In this document: positions 20,850 through 31,778 of the stretch, piece after piece
Numbering within the stretch: position 1 is the first letter of the stretch
Layout of the letters: each line of letters starts with the position of its first letter
DNA from: an uncultured Candidatus Saccharibacteria bacterium
GTDB taxonomy: Bacteria; Patescibacteriota; Minisyncoccia; Phycocordibacterales; PALSA-1337
Length of the DNA stretch: 64,000 bases
Reading direction: 5' to 3'
NCBI GenBank assembly: GCA_964492835.1
Contig: CAZBLC010000001.1
Coordinates: 19,596-83,595, forward strand
The notes under the pieces: generated by a model
The model's input: the letters and a program-made list of their open reading frames with translations, nothing else
The model's database searches: none
What the model was told of the DNA's origin: nothing
Translations under genes and position numbers: made by a program

Positions 20850-21938
20850 TTATTTAGAATAATGTCTAAAGTAGGTATCTGCTGTTTTTGTCCAAGAAAA
20901 GTTTTTATAGAATTCTTCGGAATTATTACCAAAACTATCTTTTTTATATCTTAATATCTTTTCAATCTTACTACTAATATCCTTATGATCACCCTGTCTT
21001 GTTAAAAAGCCATTGTAGCAGTTTCTTAATGCGTTTTCAATACCACAATTTTTACTACCTATAACCGGCCTACCGAACTGTGCAGCCTCCAAAAGAACTA
21101 GTCCAAATCCTTCAAAATGGTTTCCATCATTATTTGAATTCAGCATAAAGATATCGCAACTTGCATAAAGTGTGGCTAGGATACTATCATCATACATATT
21201 TGAAATTATGAGTACATTGTCTTCTATACCATTTATTCTTGCAAAAGATTTTATTTGATTGACGTAATACTCATCATCACCATTTCCGATCATGACATAC
21301 TTAAACCTTGGGTATTTATTTTTTAAAAGTGTTATAGCCTTAAGACTATCTAGTTGTCCTTTCCTCTGTTTTATATCTCCTACAGTCAAAAAAATTGGGC
21401 TGTAATTTACTACTCCGAGTGATTTCATATTATTAATCAAAATATCCTTTGAAGGCACAGACATTTCTGTTGTTCCCATAAAAACTGTGATGGCATTGAT
21501 ACTTGGATGTAATTCCAATAATCTATTTTTAATATAGTCGCTTATACAAAATATAGCATGGGCTCTACTATAGGCTAATCTAGTGATGAATGATCGAATA
21601 CCTTTCGTAAGTGGGGCTATGGTATATGTTCCAACACCAGTAATATAAAGTTTTTTTCTTGTAAAAATTACAGCGAAATACGCATATATACCGTATGGCC
21701 AACCGTCGTGAGCATGGACTACGTCCACTTCTTTTGCATATTTTCTTATTCTCAATATATTGATAAATATATTTTTAATTATAGTAAATTTACCTTTTTT
21801 AAAAACTGGTAGCAATATATTCTCCTCTGATGCGACTTTTATTTCAATTGGTAACTTCGAAAGCGCCTTATGAACTTCTTTTGAATATCTCCCCAGTCCC
21901 CCCTTATTTCCTAGGTAGTTTGTTACGATCAGTAATTT
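20850..21938 (-). CDS. Glycosyltransferase family 4; ORF extends to 22016 but MKLLIVTNY at 21938 is the likely start
   Basis: EGFGLVLLEAAQFGRPVIGS GT4 C-terminal motif. Confidence 0.8.
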   Translation of the reverse strand, partial: KLLIVTNYLGNKGGLGRYSKEVHKALSKLPIEIKVASEENILLPVFKKGKFTIIKNIFINILRIRKYAKEVDVVHAHDGWPYGIYAYFAVIFTRKKLYITGVGTYTIAPLTKGIRSFITRLAYSRAHAIFCISDYIKNRLLELHPSINAITVFMGTTEMSVPSKDILINNMKSLGVVNYSPIFLTVGDIKQRKGQLDSLKAITLLKNKYPRFKYVMIGNGDDEYYVNQIKSFARINGIEDNVLIISNMYDDSILATLYASCDIFMLNSNNDGNHFEGFGLVLLEAAQFGRPVIGSKNCGIENALRNCYNGFLTRQGDHKDISSKIEKILRYKKDSFGNNSEEFYKNFSWTKTADTYFRHYSK

Positions 21939-22704
21939 CATGAAGGGTGTTCTTGACTTTAAAAATAGTCTTTTTAAGTAACACTTTGATTCTAACAACT
22001 TTTTCAAAAAAAGCAAAAGGTTTTGACTTATATATATAAGTGTATTCTGGTATTAGATTCTTACCGAAGGACATTTTAAATTTTGCAATACTTTCCGTCT
22101 TTGGGTTATTGATATTTACAGAAGCCATATCTAGTGAAATATATCCATTCTTTTTTCCCCAAAGACATGCCTCCCAAACCACTCTTCTCGTCGAATATGC
22201 AATAATTCTGTATATTTCCCTATCTTCTGTCTTTAATCTTTTAGAAAAAATCGAACGTATCCTCAAGTAGGGATAACTCTTATTTACAAATATTCCAGAA
22301 ATAATCTCATTATTAAAAACAATGCCGAAGAACAACGTATCAATAACTAAATTCATTCGAACAGGTAACCTTCCTTGTGAGTATTCAAAATCACTATATA
22401 CGCGATATGCTTCAGCGTCCGGTGAGTCTTTGTAGATGAATCTTAATTGATCATCCCTCAGTGTTTTTCTTATTTCGTTTCTTGTTGTATCGTTAAAACT
22501 CGAAAATATCTCATCATCACTTCTTCTTAGATCTATTAATAAGGTTGGCTTAGAATATTCTAAGAATTCAGGTAAAGTAAGTTTATTATATGATAATACA
22601 ACAATTGAAGAATACTTGTTAGATTTTAATAGCGGTAATATCTTTTCATCATCCAATATGATGTTTGCTGTTTTAAAAAATAAGTATTTTTTTTCGACTA
22701 TCAT
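21904..22704 (-). CDS. Hypothetical protein (possible acyltransferase/FemAB-GNAT-like fold, unassigned)
   Basis: 266-aa ORF in operon context, ~35 nt overlap with the downstream GT4. No diagnostic motif recognised. Confidence 0.35.
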   Translation of the reverse strand: MIVEKKYLFFKTANIILDDEKILPLLKSNKYSSIVVLSYNKLTLPEFLEYSKPTLLIDLRRSDDEIFSSFNDTTRNEIRKTLRDDQLRFIYKDSPDAEAYRVYSDFEYSQGRLPVRMNLVIDTLFFGIVFNNEIISGIFVNKSYPYLRIRSIFSKRLKTEDREIYRIIAYSTRRVVWEACLWGKKNGYISLDMASVNINNPKTESIAKFKMSFGKNLIPEYTYIYKSKPFAFFEKVVRIKVLLKKTIFKVKNTLHEITDRNKLPRK

Positions 22705-23621
22705 TTAAATATGTTTAATATATTAATTTTATTGACAAAATTAATTATAGAATCACTAGATTTTGGAGAAATATTTTTTAAAAAACTACTTCCATCAATA
22801 TTATTTAAACCGCTACCTGCCGATACAAGATATTTATAGCCATAATTATATATCTGACTCTTAACAGTCTCATTTACTCTACTGTGTGGTAATGAGAAGG
22901 CGCATATAGACATACCTGTTTCTTTTTCTATTCTTTCTTTTGAAAACTTTATGTCATAAATTAATCTATCTTGATCGACCTCATTCAACCTACTGTGCGT
23001 TACACCATGTGAGCCAAATGAAATACCCTTATTCATTAGATTTCTGACGTCATCCCAATTCAAAAAAATATCGAATAAATAAGGTTCATCACCTATACTA
23101 TATTTTTTCATTATTTCAAATCTATAACTCTCATTTTCTGATTTAATTTTTTCTATTAGAGCATTCTGCTCTTTGAGATTAACGTTTTCTTTATTTAATA
23201 TATTTTTGTACTGTATTGTCCAAATCATATTAGTTTTATCAAGTATTCCACTTACTAAAAAAATTGTTGCTGGAACCTTGTATTTTTCCAATATAGGAAG
23301 TGCATTTATCATTACATCTTTAAGTCCATCATCGAAATAAATTATTGTAGGTTTTTTAATATTTTTTGATTTTATGTTTGGTATATCGTCAAAATTTATA
23401 AAAGTATGATCATGTTCTTTTAAGTACTTAATCTGTTTTTCAAATTGTTCTATATCAAGAGAAATGTGGCTGTATAATTTATTTAGTAATGTATCAGAGT
23501 TAACTTTACTACTTATACTATGATACATAACTAAATATAATTTATTGCCATAAAATATACTATAGATATAGTTTATGCCAGAATAATATAGTATTTTGTA
23601 TATAAAAGTTTTTAATTTCAT
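22701..23621 (-). CDS. Polysaccharide deacetylase (NodB-domain, CE4)
   Basis: NodB motifs: IYFDDGLKD (TFDDG-like), FGSHGVTHSRL (HxxxH), ATIFLVSG. Confidence 0.75.
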   Translation of the reverse strand: MKLKTFIYKILYYSGINYIYSIFYGNKLYLVMYHSISSKVNSDTLLNKLYSHISLDIEQFEKQIKYLKEHDHTFINFDDIPNIKSKNIKKPTIIYFDDGLKDVMINALPILEKYKVPATIFLVSGILDKTNMIWTIQYKNILNKENVNLKEQNALIEKIKSENESYRFEIMKKYSIGDEPYLFDIFLNWDDVRNLMNKGISFGSHGVTHSRLNEVDQDRLIYDIKFSKERIEKETGMSICAFSLPHSRVNETVKSQIYNYGYKYLVSAGSGLNNIDGSSFLKNISPKSSDSIINFVNKINILNIFK

Positions 23622-24808
23622 TTTATATTTACCAAAATAAACTCATTTATTCTGTAACCTCTATTTTCCCAGGTAAATTCCTTACTATCTTGTAAAGCTT
23701 GTGAAATCAGTTTACTACGTAAGTCTGTATTATCGCATACTAGATCTATTTTTTCTGACCACTCTTTTGGATTTCTATAATCACTCACCAATAAACAATT
23801 TTTGCTATCAACCAGAACTTCTTCTATCGCAGTTGTTTTAGCAGAAACAATTACTTTGCCGGATGCAAGATATTCAAACATCTTTGTTGGTGAATTACCG
23901 ATCTGTGCACCAGCAGAAGGTAGGAGCAATATATCTGATGATTTCCAGTACTCATAAACCTCCTGTTTACTTACCCAAGGAAGAAACATTACTTTATCCG
24001 AGATACCTAATTTTTTAACTAATTCTTCGTGTTCCGCTGTCTCGTTCCCCTTTTTACCAACACCTATAAAAATAAATTTCGAGCTTAAGTATGGCATTAC
24101 ATTTATTATATCTTCTATACCATACGAATCATAATTTCCTGTTTTATATAAATTACCTGAATACATCAATATTATCCTATTAATTGGAAGATTCAGTCTG
24201 TTACGTAGCTGTTCTATTGACTCCCTTATTATTTCAAATCGTTCTGGTTCTGATGCGGCGCAAAAAGCAACCAAGATATTTTTATTCAACTTCTCATAAT
24301 AATTTTTCAAACCGTAACTAATAACTATCAGACCGTTTGATATTTTTGAAAAATAATTATTAAAGAACTGTCCATGCTTCTTATGTAGGACTGCATGAAT
24401 TTCAATAAAAATAGGTTTTTTTAGAATATATCTTGTGAATAATATAGGTAAGACTAGCGAGCAATCTCTATAGTATAAGGTACTAAAATTATGTCTATTT
24501 AGGTATACGTATTTAAGTATAGAAAAATTTACAGTAGCTGTCTCGAGCCAGTTTATTAAGCGTACACGACTACCTTTTAATCTATTTGAGAATGATGGTA
24601 GAGAAGCAATATCAAATCGATTCTTAATATTGTGTTTCGTAAAAAACTCTTCCCTCTTTTGACCATCAATCAAACTATCATCTGAACTTAAAAGTATTAC
24701 TCTAGTATTATCTTGCATAGCAAGCGCTTCACATGTTTTAGAAGTAGTATAAACATGCGCCTTATTTGATTGGAAGTTCATCCTAGTTATATGCAATATA
24801 GTATTCAT
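23618..24808 (-). CDS. Glycosyltransferase, GT4-like
   Basis: C-terminal FEYLASGKVIVSAKTTAIEEVL GT-B motif region. 396 aa. Confidence 0.6.
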   Translation of the reverse strand: MNTILHITRMNFQSNKAHVYTTSKTCEALAMQDNTRVILLSSDDSLIDGQKREEFFTKHNIKNRFDIASLPSFSNRLKGSRVRLINWLETATVNFSILKYVYLNRHNFSTLYYRDCSLVLPILFTRYILKKPIFIEIHAVLHKKHGQFFNNYFSKISNGLIVISYGLKNYYEKLNKNILVAFCAASEPERFEIIRESIEQLRNRLNLPINRIILMYSGNLYKTGNYDSYGIEDIINVMPYLSSKFIFIGVGKKGNETAEHEELVKKLGISDKVMFLPWVSKQEVYEYWKSSDILLLPSAGAQIGNSPTKMFEYLASGKVIVSAKTTAIEEVLVDSKNCLLVSDYRNPKEWSEKIDLVCDNTDLRSKLISQALQDSKEFTWENRGYRINEFILVNIK

Positions 24809-24811
24809 ATA

Positions 24812-25702
24812 TTATATGATCTGAGAATAGTACAACTCTATTATATTATCAAATTCTTTAATTAAGTCCTCTGCTTTTCTATTTAATAAAATGTAATCTT
24901 TCTTTATACAAAGTTCATGTAAAAAATATACAAAAATTAACTTTTTATCTATCTTATAATCAATTCCAACATTAACAAAATATCTCGAAAGTAATTCATA
25001 AGAATCCTTCATTTTATTTCTTACGGTAATATGGTAAATATCAAAACCTGGAATAGCAATATCGCCAAATGTGTCACAATCTACAATCTTAATTTTTTCA
25101 TTATCAATTAGTATATTATCATTCGTAAAGTCACCATGCTGATATATAGACTTTATATCAACCTTGATGTCTGACCACAAATCCTCGTTGTATTTTTTAA
25201 GTATTTCTATATCACCATTATCTCCAGACAATACGCTCACAAGTTTTTCGCCATATGTCTTGTCTAAGATCTGTTCGTTCAATCCACTTGAAATATACTT
25301 TGAAAAAGAAAAATATTTATCAATGGCTTTTTTAAGATCTGCTTCTCTACTTACTTTTACTCCACCACATACAGTTTCAATCGTATATTTAATTAAATTA
25401 TCTTCATGCATACCAATAGCCTTTGGATACATGGATTCAAACTCGCTTCCTTGTACAAGTTTGTTAAGTAGACTTATATTCTTATATCCATCACTTATTC
25501 TATTTATATCTCTAATATTTCTGACTGTTTTTATTATTGCTATAGGTTTTTTGTTTGAATCAAAAACAAAGAGAATTACCTTACACCCGATTCCTCTACC
25601 TGAAATCGGAGTATTGTATTTCATATAACTCAGATCGCCGCCTTTGTATAAATCAGCTTTTTCTAGTTCAGCTTTTATTTGTAAATCTATATTCTTAATC
25701 AT
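24812..25702 (-). CDS. APH/ChoK-family kinase-like phosphotransferase
   Basis: HGDFTNDNILID...IVDCDTFG, i.e. a Brenner motif plus a DxD metal-binding motif. Confidence 0.6.
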   Translation of the reverse strand: MIKNIDLQIKAELEKADLYKGGDLSYMKYNTPISGRGIGCKVILFVFDSNKKPIAIIKTVRNIRDINRISDGYKNISLLNKLVQGSEFESMYPKAIGMHEDNLIKYTIETVCGGVKVSREADLKKAIDKYFSFSKYISSGLNEQILDKTYGEKLVSVLSGDNGDIEILKKYNEDLWSDIKVDIKSIYQHGDFTNDNILIDNEKIKIVDCDTFGDIAIPGFDIYHITVRNKMKDSYELLSRYFVNVGIDYKIDKKLIFVYFLHELCIKKDYILLNRKAEDLIKEFDNIIELYYSQII

Positions 25703-26637
25703 TTTTTTATTATTATTCCAAAACTAAAAAATACAAAACGGTATATTTTTAATAGAATATTAAAATTTGTAAGATATAGAATAATTCTATTTAATACATT
25801 ATTAGATTTTCTAAAAGAATTTATGGCATATTTTAAAATATGCAAACTATTATAGGGAATAATTATTCTTGGTAGATTATATCCTGGATATAGCAAATAA
25901 AAATTGGCTTTATTTTCAAAACCGGAGCGGTGAATAAGATTTTCATAACCTTTTTTTGAATACGTATAAGTTCTATATTCTCCTCTTCCACGTATTTTAT
26001 AGTAAATATTTGCCAAAAATCTAGGCATATAACTCGTATACATGAGCCCTCCGTGATCTGTGGCTCTCAAATACACTAATGCAAAACGGTTCTCAATACC
26101 TATATAAAGATGTCCACCTTTTTTTAGTAATTTCCTACATATTTCTAAACTTTTTATCTGAGCCTCTATTGGGCTACTATATATTTTTGTTAACCCTACC
26201 CACTCCAACACTCCGTTCATTACTATCAAGTCAAAACTATTTTCTTCAAATGGAAGATTATAAACATCTGCAACCATTACATCTATTTTGTCAGATAGAC
26301 CTTCAGCTTCAGCTCTTTTTTTTAAAAATCTCATTCTGGATAATGAATGATCACAGGATACTACTTTATTAACCACTCTAGCTAGAGGTATTGATATTCT
26401 TCCTAGTCCTGCACCAATATCTAAAACCTTAGAATCTCTATTTAATGGTATATAGAATCTCCAATCTGCTCTATCATCATCATAAGTAAAATCTAGTTTC
26501 TTCTGCATAACCTTATCAAAAGAAGAGAAGCCCTTATCTTCAATAAGCTCTATAATATTTATCAGTTCTCTCTCGGGAATTTTACCCCAATAAATATCTT
26601 CAGTTAGAATTGGAATATTGTATTTATTTTCTCTCAT
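25699..26637 (-). CDS. Class I SAM-dependent methyltransferase
   Basis: VLDIGAGLGRISIPLA motif I and the DLIVMNGVLEW post-II region. Confidence 0.7.
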   Translation of the reverse strand: MRENKYNIPILTEDIYWGKIPERELINIIELIEDKGFSSFDKVMQKKLDFTYDDDRADWRFYIPLNRDSKVLDIGAGLGRISIPLARVVNKVVSCDHSLSRMRFLKKRAEAEGLSDKIDVMVADVYNLPFEENSFDLIVMNGVLEWVGLTKIYSSPIEAQIKSLEICRKLLKKGGHLYIGIENRFALVYLRATDHGGLMYTSYMPRFLANIYYKIRGRGEYRTYTYSKKGYENLIHRSGFENKANFYLLYPGYNLPRIIIPYNSLHILKYAINSFRKSNNVLNRIILYLTNFNILLKIYRFVFFSFGIIIKK

Positions 26638-27679
26638 ATATTATTTTAAATATATCAGCAAAACTTTTTGCCATAACTTTAGTATTGTATATTATATCAA
26701 TTTTTTCTCTTGAGTTCCTTGCTATATTCTCTCTAAAATTTATATCTGTCATTTTCTTTATATTCTCAATAATATTATCAACATTATAAAAATCCACAAT
26801 TAAAGCAGATTTATTATTTTCCACATAATCATTGAGATATTCTTTTCTACTAACGATTATAGGTAATCCAATAGCCATAGCTTCAAGAAGAACTGTTGGG
26901 CCAGAAGTATCTGAACCATCAACATAACTATCATTATGCATAATCAGTAGGAGTAATTTTGCCTTTCTGTACATTCTCTGTAATTCTGACATTGGTATAT
27001 TTATATGTATTTTAACATTTGATGGTATAGACTCAATTCCTTCTATATTCCTCGGTAAACAAACAATATGAAATTGTTCGTCTGGCATTTTTCTTGCCAC
27101 ATCAATAACTGTTTTATAATCTCTACCATTATCTCTTCCTACTGATAATATAAAATTTTCTCTTTCAAAATAAACTGGTTTATAGTAAACAGCATCTACA
27201 CCTAAAGGCACGAAGAATGCTTTACTCCTTAAAAAGGGTAATTTCTCTACTACCCTGTTCATATGAACTCTAGCTGGAAAAATAATCCCATCGACATCCT
27301 TTAGTATCCAAGATAATAGTCCGAACATGAATGTATCTTGCTTATAGACTATAAGCATTCTATTTAAAACTGAATTAAAAATAACAAACTTGGTTCTTGT
27401 TGGTATAAATTTCTTCCAAATCAACAAATATATAACCGATATTCCAAAAACTATATCGTATTTACGCGCTATAAAATACATAAAAAAATGCTTTATTCTA
27501 AAACCCAAGATTTTTGCCAGCGTTTTACCAAAGATACTTTCAAACTCTTTATATTCTGCTTGTATTCCAAAGCACTCAAGATGTTGTAATCCGTAGAATT
27601 GTGTGTCAGGATAATCTACGCTAGATTTACCTTTAAATTTATCATCTCTTGTTCCTGAATATAGATACAAAACTTTCAT
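26624..27679 (-). CDS. Glycosyltransferase family 4
   Basis: SGPTVLLEAMAIGLPIIVS motif. Confidence 0.7.
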   Translation of the reverse strand: MKVLYLYSGTRDDKFKGKSSVDYPDTQFYGLQHLECFGIQAEYKEFESIFGKTLAKILGFRIKHFFMYFIARKYDIVFGISVIYLLIWKKFIPTRTKFVIFNSVLNRMLIVYKQDTFMFGLLSWILKDVDGIIFPARVHMNRVVEKLPFLRSKAFFVPLGVDAVYYKPVYFERENFILSVGRDNGRDYKTVIDVARKMPDEQFHIVCLPRNIEGIESIPSNVKIHINIPMSELQRMYRKAKLLLLIMHNDSYVDGSDTSGPTVLLEAMAIGLPIIVSRKEYLNDYVENNKSALIVDFYNVDNIIENIKKMTDINFRENIARNSREKIDIIYNTKVMAKSFADIFKIIYERK

Positions 27680-27683
27680 ACAA

Positions 27684-29498
27684 TTACTTTATATTAATCT
27701 TATAAGTCCTAGCCCAAATCTGAAAAGTTATTATAGCCCAAAGCATAGTAAAATGATATGAATCCTTTGATAGATGCTTATCATATATATCATTTATCTC
27801 ACCCCAGTTGAATATCTCTGCTGTAGGTTGATAGTATTTGTCACTGAATATATTTCTTACATATTTTGAAATTTCTGGATCTCTAAGCCATTTTGCGCCA
27901 GGAGAAAACCACCCTCGTTTTGGTTGTTTGAACAAATACTTAGGTAAAAGAAGCTTCATAGATTCCTTTAATAAGACTTTGGTATTAAATAAATTTATCT
28001 TTTTATTTAGAGGTATTTTCCTTGAATATTCAAATAATTCCAGATCTAGTAGTGGTACACGTAATTCTAATCCTGACGCCATTGAAGTCTTATCGCTTCT
28101 CATTAAAGATTCATCTACCAACCAACTCTTTTGGTCGGTTTCCATTAGTAATTCTGGACCACTTTTATTTAGATTGTCAAAATATTTTTTTTCAAAAAAC
28201 TTCTTTGACGGTTCCAATTTAAAATCTCTCGAAATAACCCTGAATAATTCTTTATCCTTTTGGAACATAAACAATTCAAATTGGTCTATCCCCTTTTTGG
28301 TATTTAATTTTAGTAATTTACTACTATTAATATATTCTCTAATAAATTTAGGAATAGTCTGATAATAGACTGATAATAGACTTATTTTATACCTCTCATA
28401 TCCACCAAACAATTCATCTCCTCCATCTCCACCAAGAACCACAGCAACTCTTTGCTTTGCAAAACGTGCAAGCTTAATCATTGGTATTATTGTCGGGTTA
28501 GATATTGGTTCGTCCAAATGATAAATAGCCTCTTCTAGCAATGGAATTATTTCATTTTTTTTAACAAAAATCTCGTTATGTTGTGTTTTATATATCTGAG
28601 CTGTGGTACGAGCAAGCAACATATCCATATTAAATTTATCCGCTTGCTCATCTTTATCTAACTCAAAACCAACACTAAAGGTGATTATATCCTTTCTAAA
28701 GGTAGATACTGCTTGTAATACAGTGGTTGAATCTATGCCACCAGAAAGATATATACCTAGTGGTCTGTCAGAAATCAGTTGTCTCTTAACTGATTCATAT
28801 ATCACCTCTCTTAGTTCTTTAGAATTTATAGAATTATTTTCTATATTTTTGTATGGATTATATTTATTAATAGTCATTTTTTTATCTTTAAGATAAAGAT
28901 AATTACTGGGTGGTAGCTTATTTATATTATTAAAAAGCGTAAACGGCTCTGGCACATATAGAATTCTCATATAGTGAGCAAATGCTTCTTTATTTAGAGT
29001 CCTGTCAATAGGGTGCTCAAGAATTGCTTTGATTTCAGATGAAAAAATGAATTTATCACCATCCCAATAATAGTACAATGGCTTTATTCCTATTGGATCC
29101 CTAGCAATAAATAAACTCATTTCGAGATTATCCCAGATAGCAAAAGCAAACATACCGTTAAAGCGACTAACGCATTCCTTACCCCATTTTTTATATGCCG
29201 CAAGAATGACTTCGGTATCGCCAGTAGTTACGAAATCATACTCACTTTTCATCTCATCTTTGATTTCATTAAAATTATATATTTCCCCATTGAAAACAAT
29301 GATAAATCGACCGTCGTCGCTTTTCATCGGCTGGTTTGCTATTGATCTTGTATCAAGAATACTCAGACGATTATGACCTAAAGATATATCGCTATTAAGA
29401 AAAACTCCGGTACCATCTGGTCCTCGGTGTTTTAAACATTGGTTCATTTTCTCAATGTATTCTTTGTTTTCCCAGTTAAATCCATTTATAGCACACAT
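27684..29498 (-). CDS. asnB: Asparagine synthase (glutamine-hydrolysing)-family amidotransferase (WbpS/AsnB-like)
   Basis: N-terminal Ntn Cys MCAINGF...HRGPDGTG and the central PP-loop SGGIDS. Confidence 0.9.
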   Translation of the reverse strand: MCAINGFNWENKEYIEKMNQCLKHRGPDGTGVFLNSDISLGHNRLSILDTRSIANQPMKSDDGRFIIVFNGEIYNFNEIKDEMKSEYDFVTTGDTEVILAAYKKWGKECVSRFNGMFAFAIWDNLEMSLFIARDPIGIKPLYYYWDGDKFIFSSEIKAILEHPIDRTLNKEAFAHYMRILYVPEPFTLFNNINKLPPSNYLYLKDKKMTINKYNPYKNIENNSINSKELREVIYESVKRQLISDRPLGIYLSGGIDSTTVLQAVSTFRKDIITFSVGFELDKDEQADKFNMDMLLARTTAQIYKTQHNEIFVKKNEIIPLLEEAIYHLDEPISNPTIIPMIKLARFAKQRVAVVLGGDGGDELFGGYERYKISLLSVYYQTIPKFIREYINSSKLLKLNTKKGIDQFELFMFQKDKELFRVISRDFKLEPSKKFFEKKYFDNLNKSGPELLMETDQKSWLVDESLMRSDKTSMASGLELRVPLLDLELFEYSRKIPLNKKINLFNTKVLLKESMKLLLPKYLFKQPKRGWFSPGAKWLRDPEISKYVRNIFSDKYYQPTAEIFNWGEINDIYDKHLSKDSYHFTMLWAIITFQIWARTYKINIK

Positions 29499-29523
29499 TA
29501 TTAAAAGTATACTTTAACTATTA

Positions 29524-30744
29524 TTAATTGTCACATATTATATTCAATTCCCTAGATAGATTCGAATCTATTATATTCATGTCGAATAACTGCTTAGACT
29601 TGTTTCTAGCTGCCTTTCCTAATCTGATACGTAAATCATAATCATTTACCAATTTATCAATATTATTTATGTATTCCTGCGCAGTTTTTGACTCTAAATA
29701 GTCTGCGTTTTTAACAAAAGGATAATCAGCAATTCCTCTATCCGATGTGATTACCGGGAAACCCCTCATCAATGGTTCAAAAATCTTTTGTTGCATACCT
29801 GCCCCAAAGAGTGAAGGAACGATAGCAATATCCATATCTTTTAGAAAAGTATTCAAATCAACAATAAACCCTCTATATATAACATTCCTTGGAAAAACAT
29901 TAAGTATACTTTCTGGTAGTTTTGTTCCTGTTATATTTATAATTACTCTATTGCCATATTTTTCTAATAATGCTGGGGCTATATTTTTAATAATAAAAAG
30001 TAGTGCTTGCTTATTATGAGATACATTATATGTAGATCCCATAAAGAATATATTTATATTTTTACTCTCCTTATTTGGTATATACTCAGGTAAATAATGT
30101 AAACCTCTCAGTGGTAGATTTATTGTCTTTCTTGCTCCAATTCTCTTGTAAATCTTTTCTTCCTGTGGTGTTATTGAGCATATTAGATCACTAGCTCTTG
30201 CTACTTTTTTTTCTGACAAAAATTTTGGTATTGATTTCAAATAATTTAAAATAGATCTACCATCTTCATCTAAAAAATGTACTGCTTCGTAGTTTAAAGA
30301 TCTGGTAACAATAGGTATTTTATTTTTTTGGGCGACTTGATAAAGTGGCCATAAATATGAGTATTCAAACCACACAATGTCTGGCTTCCAAATATCTATG
30401 GTATTACACATAAGATTGATCATTTCTGGATCAGTATATTCAAATGCAGCACCATCTAAATATGAAAAATGTTTTAGTCTCTTCATGATTATTTTTATTT
30501 TTTGAAGTAAAGTCTTATCAGATAAATTATATTTATATGACACAGTTTGAACATCAATATTTCCAACTGATTTTGAAAAATTACTGATATCTGAATTGCT
30601 TTGATTTTTCTTTCTCTTGGCGATAACTCTCACCTCGTATCCTAAACGTACAAGCTGGCGTATTCCATTAGCGCGATCAGATTGTTCTGCTCCATTTTCT
30701 GGATAAGGTACAACTGGGCAAATAATCAATATCTTATTTTTCAT
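29524..30744 (-). CDS. Glycosyltransferase family 4
   Basis: GT-B architecture, C-terminal FEPLMRGFPVITS motif. Confidence 0.7.
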   Translation of the reverse strand: MKNKILIICPVVPYPENGAEQSDRANGIRQLVRLGYEVRVIAKRKKNQSNSDISNFSKSVGNIDVQTVSYKYNLSDKTLLQKIKIIMKRLKHFSYLDGAAFEYTDPEMINLMCNTIDIWKPDIVWFEYSYLWPLYQVAQKNKIPIVTRSLNYEAVHFLDEDGRSILNYLKSIPKFLSEKKVARASDLICSITPQEEKIYKRIGARKTINLPLRGLHYLPEYIPNKESKNINIFFMGSTYNVSHNKQALLFIIKNIAPALLEKYGNRVIINITGTKLPESILNVFPRNVIYRGFIVDLNTFLKDMDIAIVPSLFGAGMQQKIFEPLMRGFPVITSDRGIADYPFVKNADYLESKTAQEYINNIDKLVNDYDLRIRLGKAARNKSKQLFDMNIIDSNLSRELNIICDN

Positions 30745-31778
30745 TTATTTAAATTAGTAATAATTCTAGGGATTAATAATTTTAATGAGTGATTTTCATT
30801 TACGTATTTTACATAATAATCATTTATCGATTTATTTTTACTATCAAGCATTAACACCTTGTTTATTGATTTTGCTAAATCATCTGCGTTTCTATTTGTA
30901 AAGAGAAAAGGGTGGTTAGAAAATATCTTTTCGAAGGCTGGATTTGAAGTAATAACAATAGTACCTGAAGCCATAGCTTCCAGTATTGCCTTATCGAGAC
31001 TTCCTGTATCGCTCATATTCAAAAAAAGATCTGCAGAATTTAAAATATCACAAAGTTTATCTTGTGAAACTTTACCCTTCATTTCAAATGTGTTGTTTGG
31101 TGATGTTTCAATCTTTTTATTTAATTTTTCTACATATTCGACATCTCTATACATAACTGCCTCACCCCAGAACTCACATGTAATTTTTCTATTACTTTTT
31201 ATTGTATTAACGGCATCAATCATAAATTCGTAGCCTTTCGATTGTGTAAATCTACCTACTGAAACAATCTTAAATTCATTACCGTTTTTATTGAAATTTA
31301 GTGGTTTAAAAATATCAACATCGATACCATGTCCCATTACGTTTATCTTATTACTTTTAAGTCTGAAACTTTCTTTTGAGGCAGTAAATATTTTATCGAC
31401 TATTAAAGTTGCAATTCTTAATGACTTTGTAACACTTCTATGTGTATACCATAGAGAAATATTTTTATTATATAACTTCCAAAAAACGCCACCGAGGATT
31501 ACATATATTTGATTCATATGCACAAAGACACTATCGTAATTTTTACGTTCTATCCAAATATATTTATAAAAATTAATAATATATCTAATCCTAGATTCCC
31601 TAATTTCTTTACCAAGCGATAGGACTTTTACATTATTAGGTAACTCATTTTTACCTTTATACAAGCAAATAACTACAATTGATTCACAATTTTTAGAAAA
31701 AACATCTATCCATCTATAGAAAAATCCCAGTATTGGATCGTCTTTGTCTACTTTTTGTGTAATGATCAATAATTTCAT
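30741..31778 (-). CDS. Glycosyltransferase family 4
   Basis: GSLDKAILEAMASGTIVITSN motif. Confidence 0.7.
   Translation of the reverse strand: MKLLIITQKVDKDDPILGFFYRWIDVFSKNCESIVVICLYKGKNELPNNVKVLSLGKEIRESRIRYIINFYKYIWIERKNYDSVFVHMNQIYVILGGVFWKLYNKNISLWYTHRSVTKSLRIATLIVDKIFTASKESFRLKSNKINVMGHGIDVDIFKPLNFNKNGNEFKIVSVGRFTQSKGYEFMIDAVNTIKSNRKITCEFWGEAVMYRDVEYVEKLNKKIETSPNNTFEMKGKVSQDKLCDILNSADLFLNMSDTGSLDKAILEAMASGTIVITSNPAFEKIFSNHPFLFTNRNADDLAKSINKVLMLDSKNKSINDYYVKYVNENHSLKLLIPRIITNLNK

Noticed and set aside
21904-22016. Apparent 113-nt overlap between the GT4 at 20850-22016 and the upstream 266-aa ORF.
   Set aside because: The GT4 most plausibly starts at the internal MKLLIVTNY (21938). This reduces the overlap to ~35 nt, which is ordinary operon coupling rather than a frameshift or fusion.
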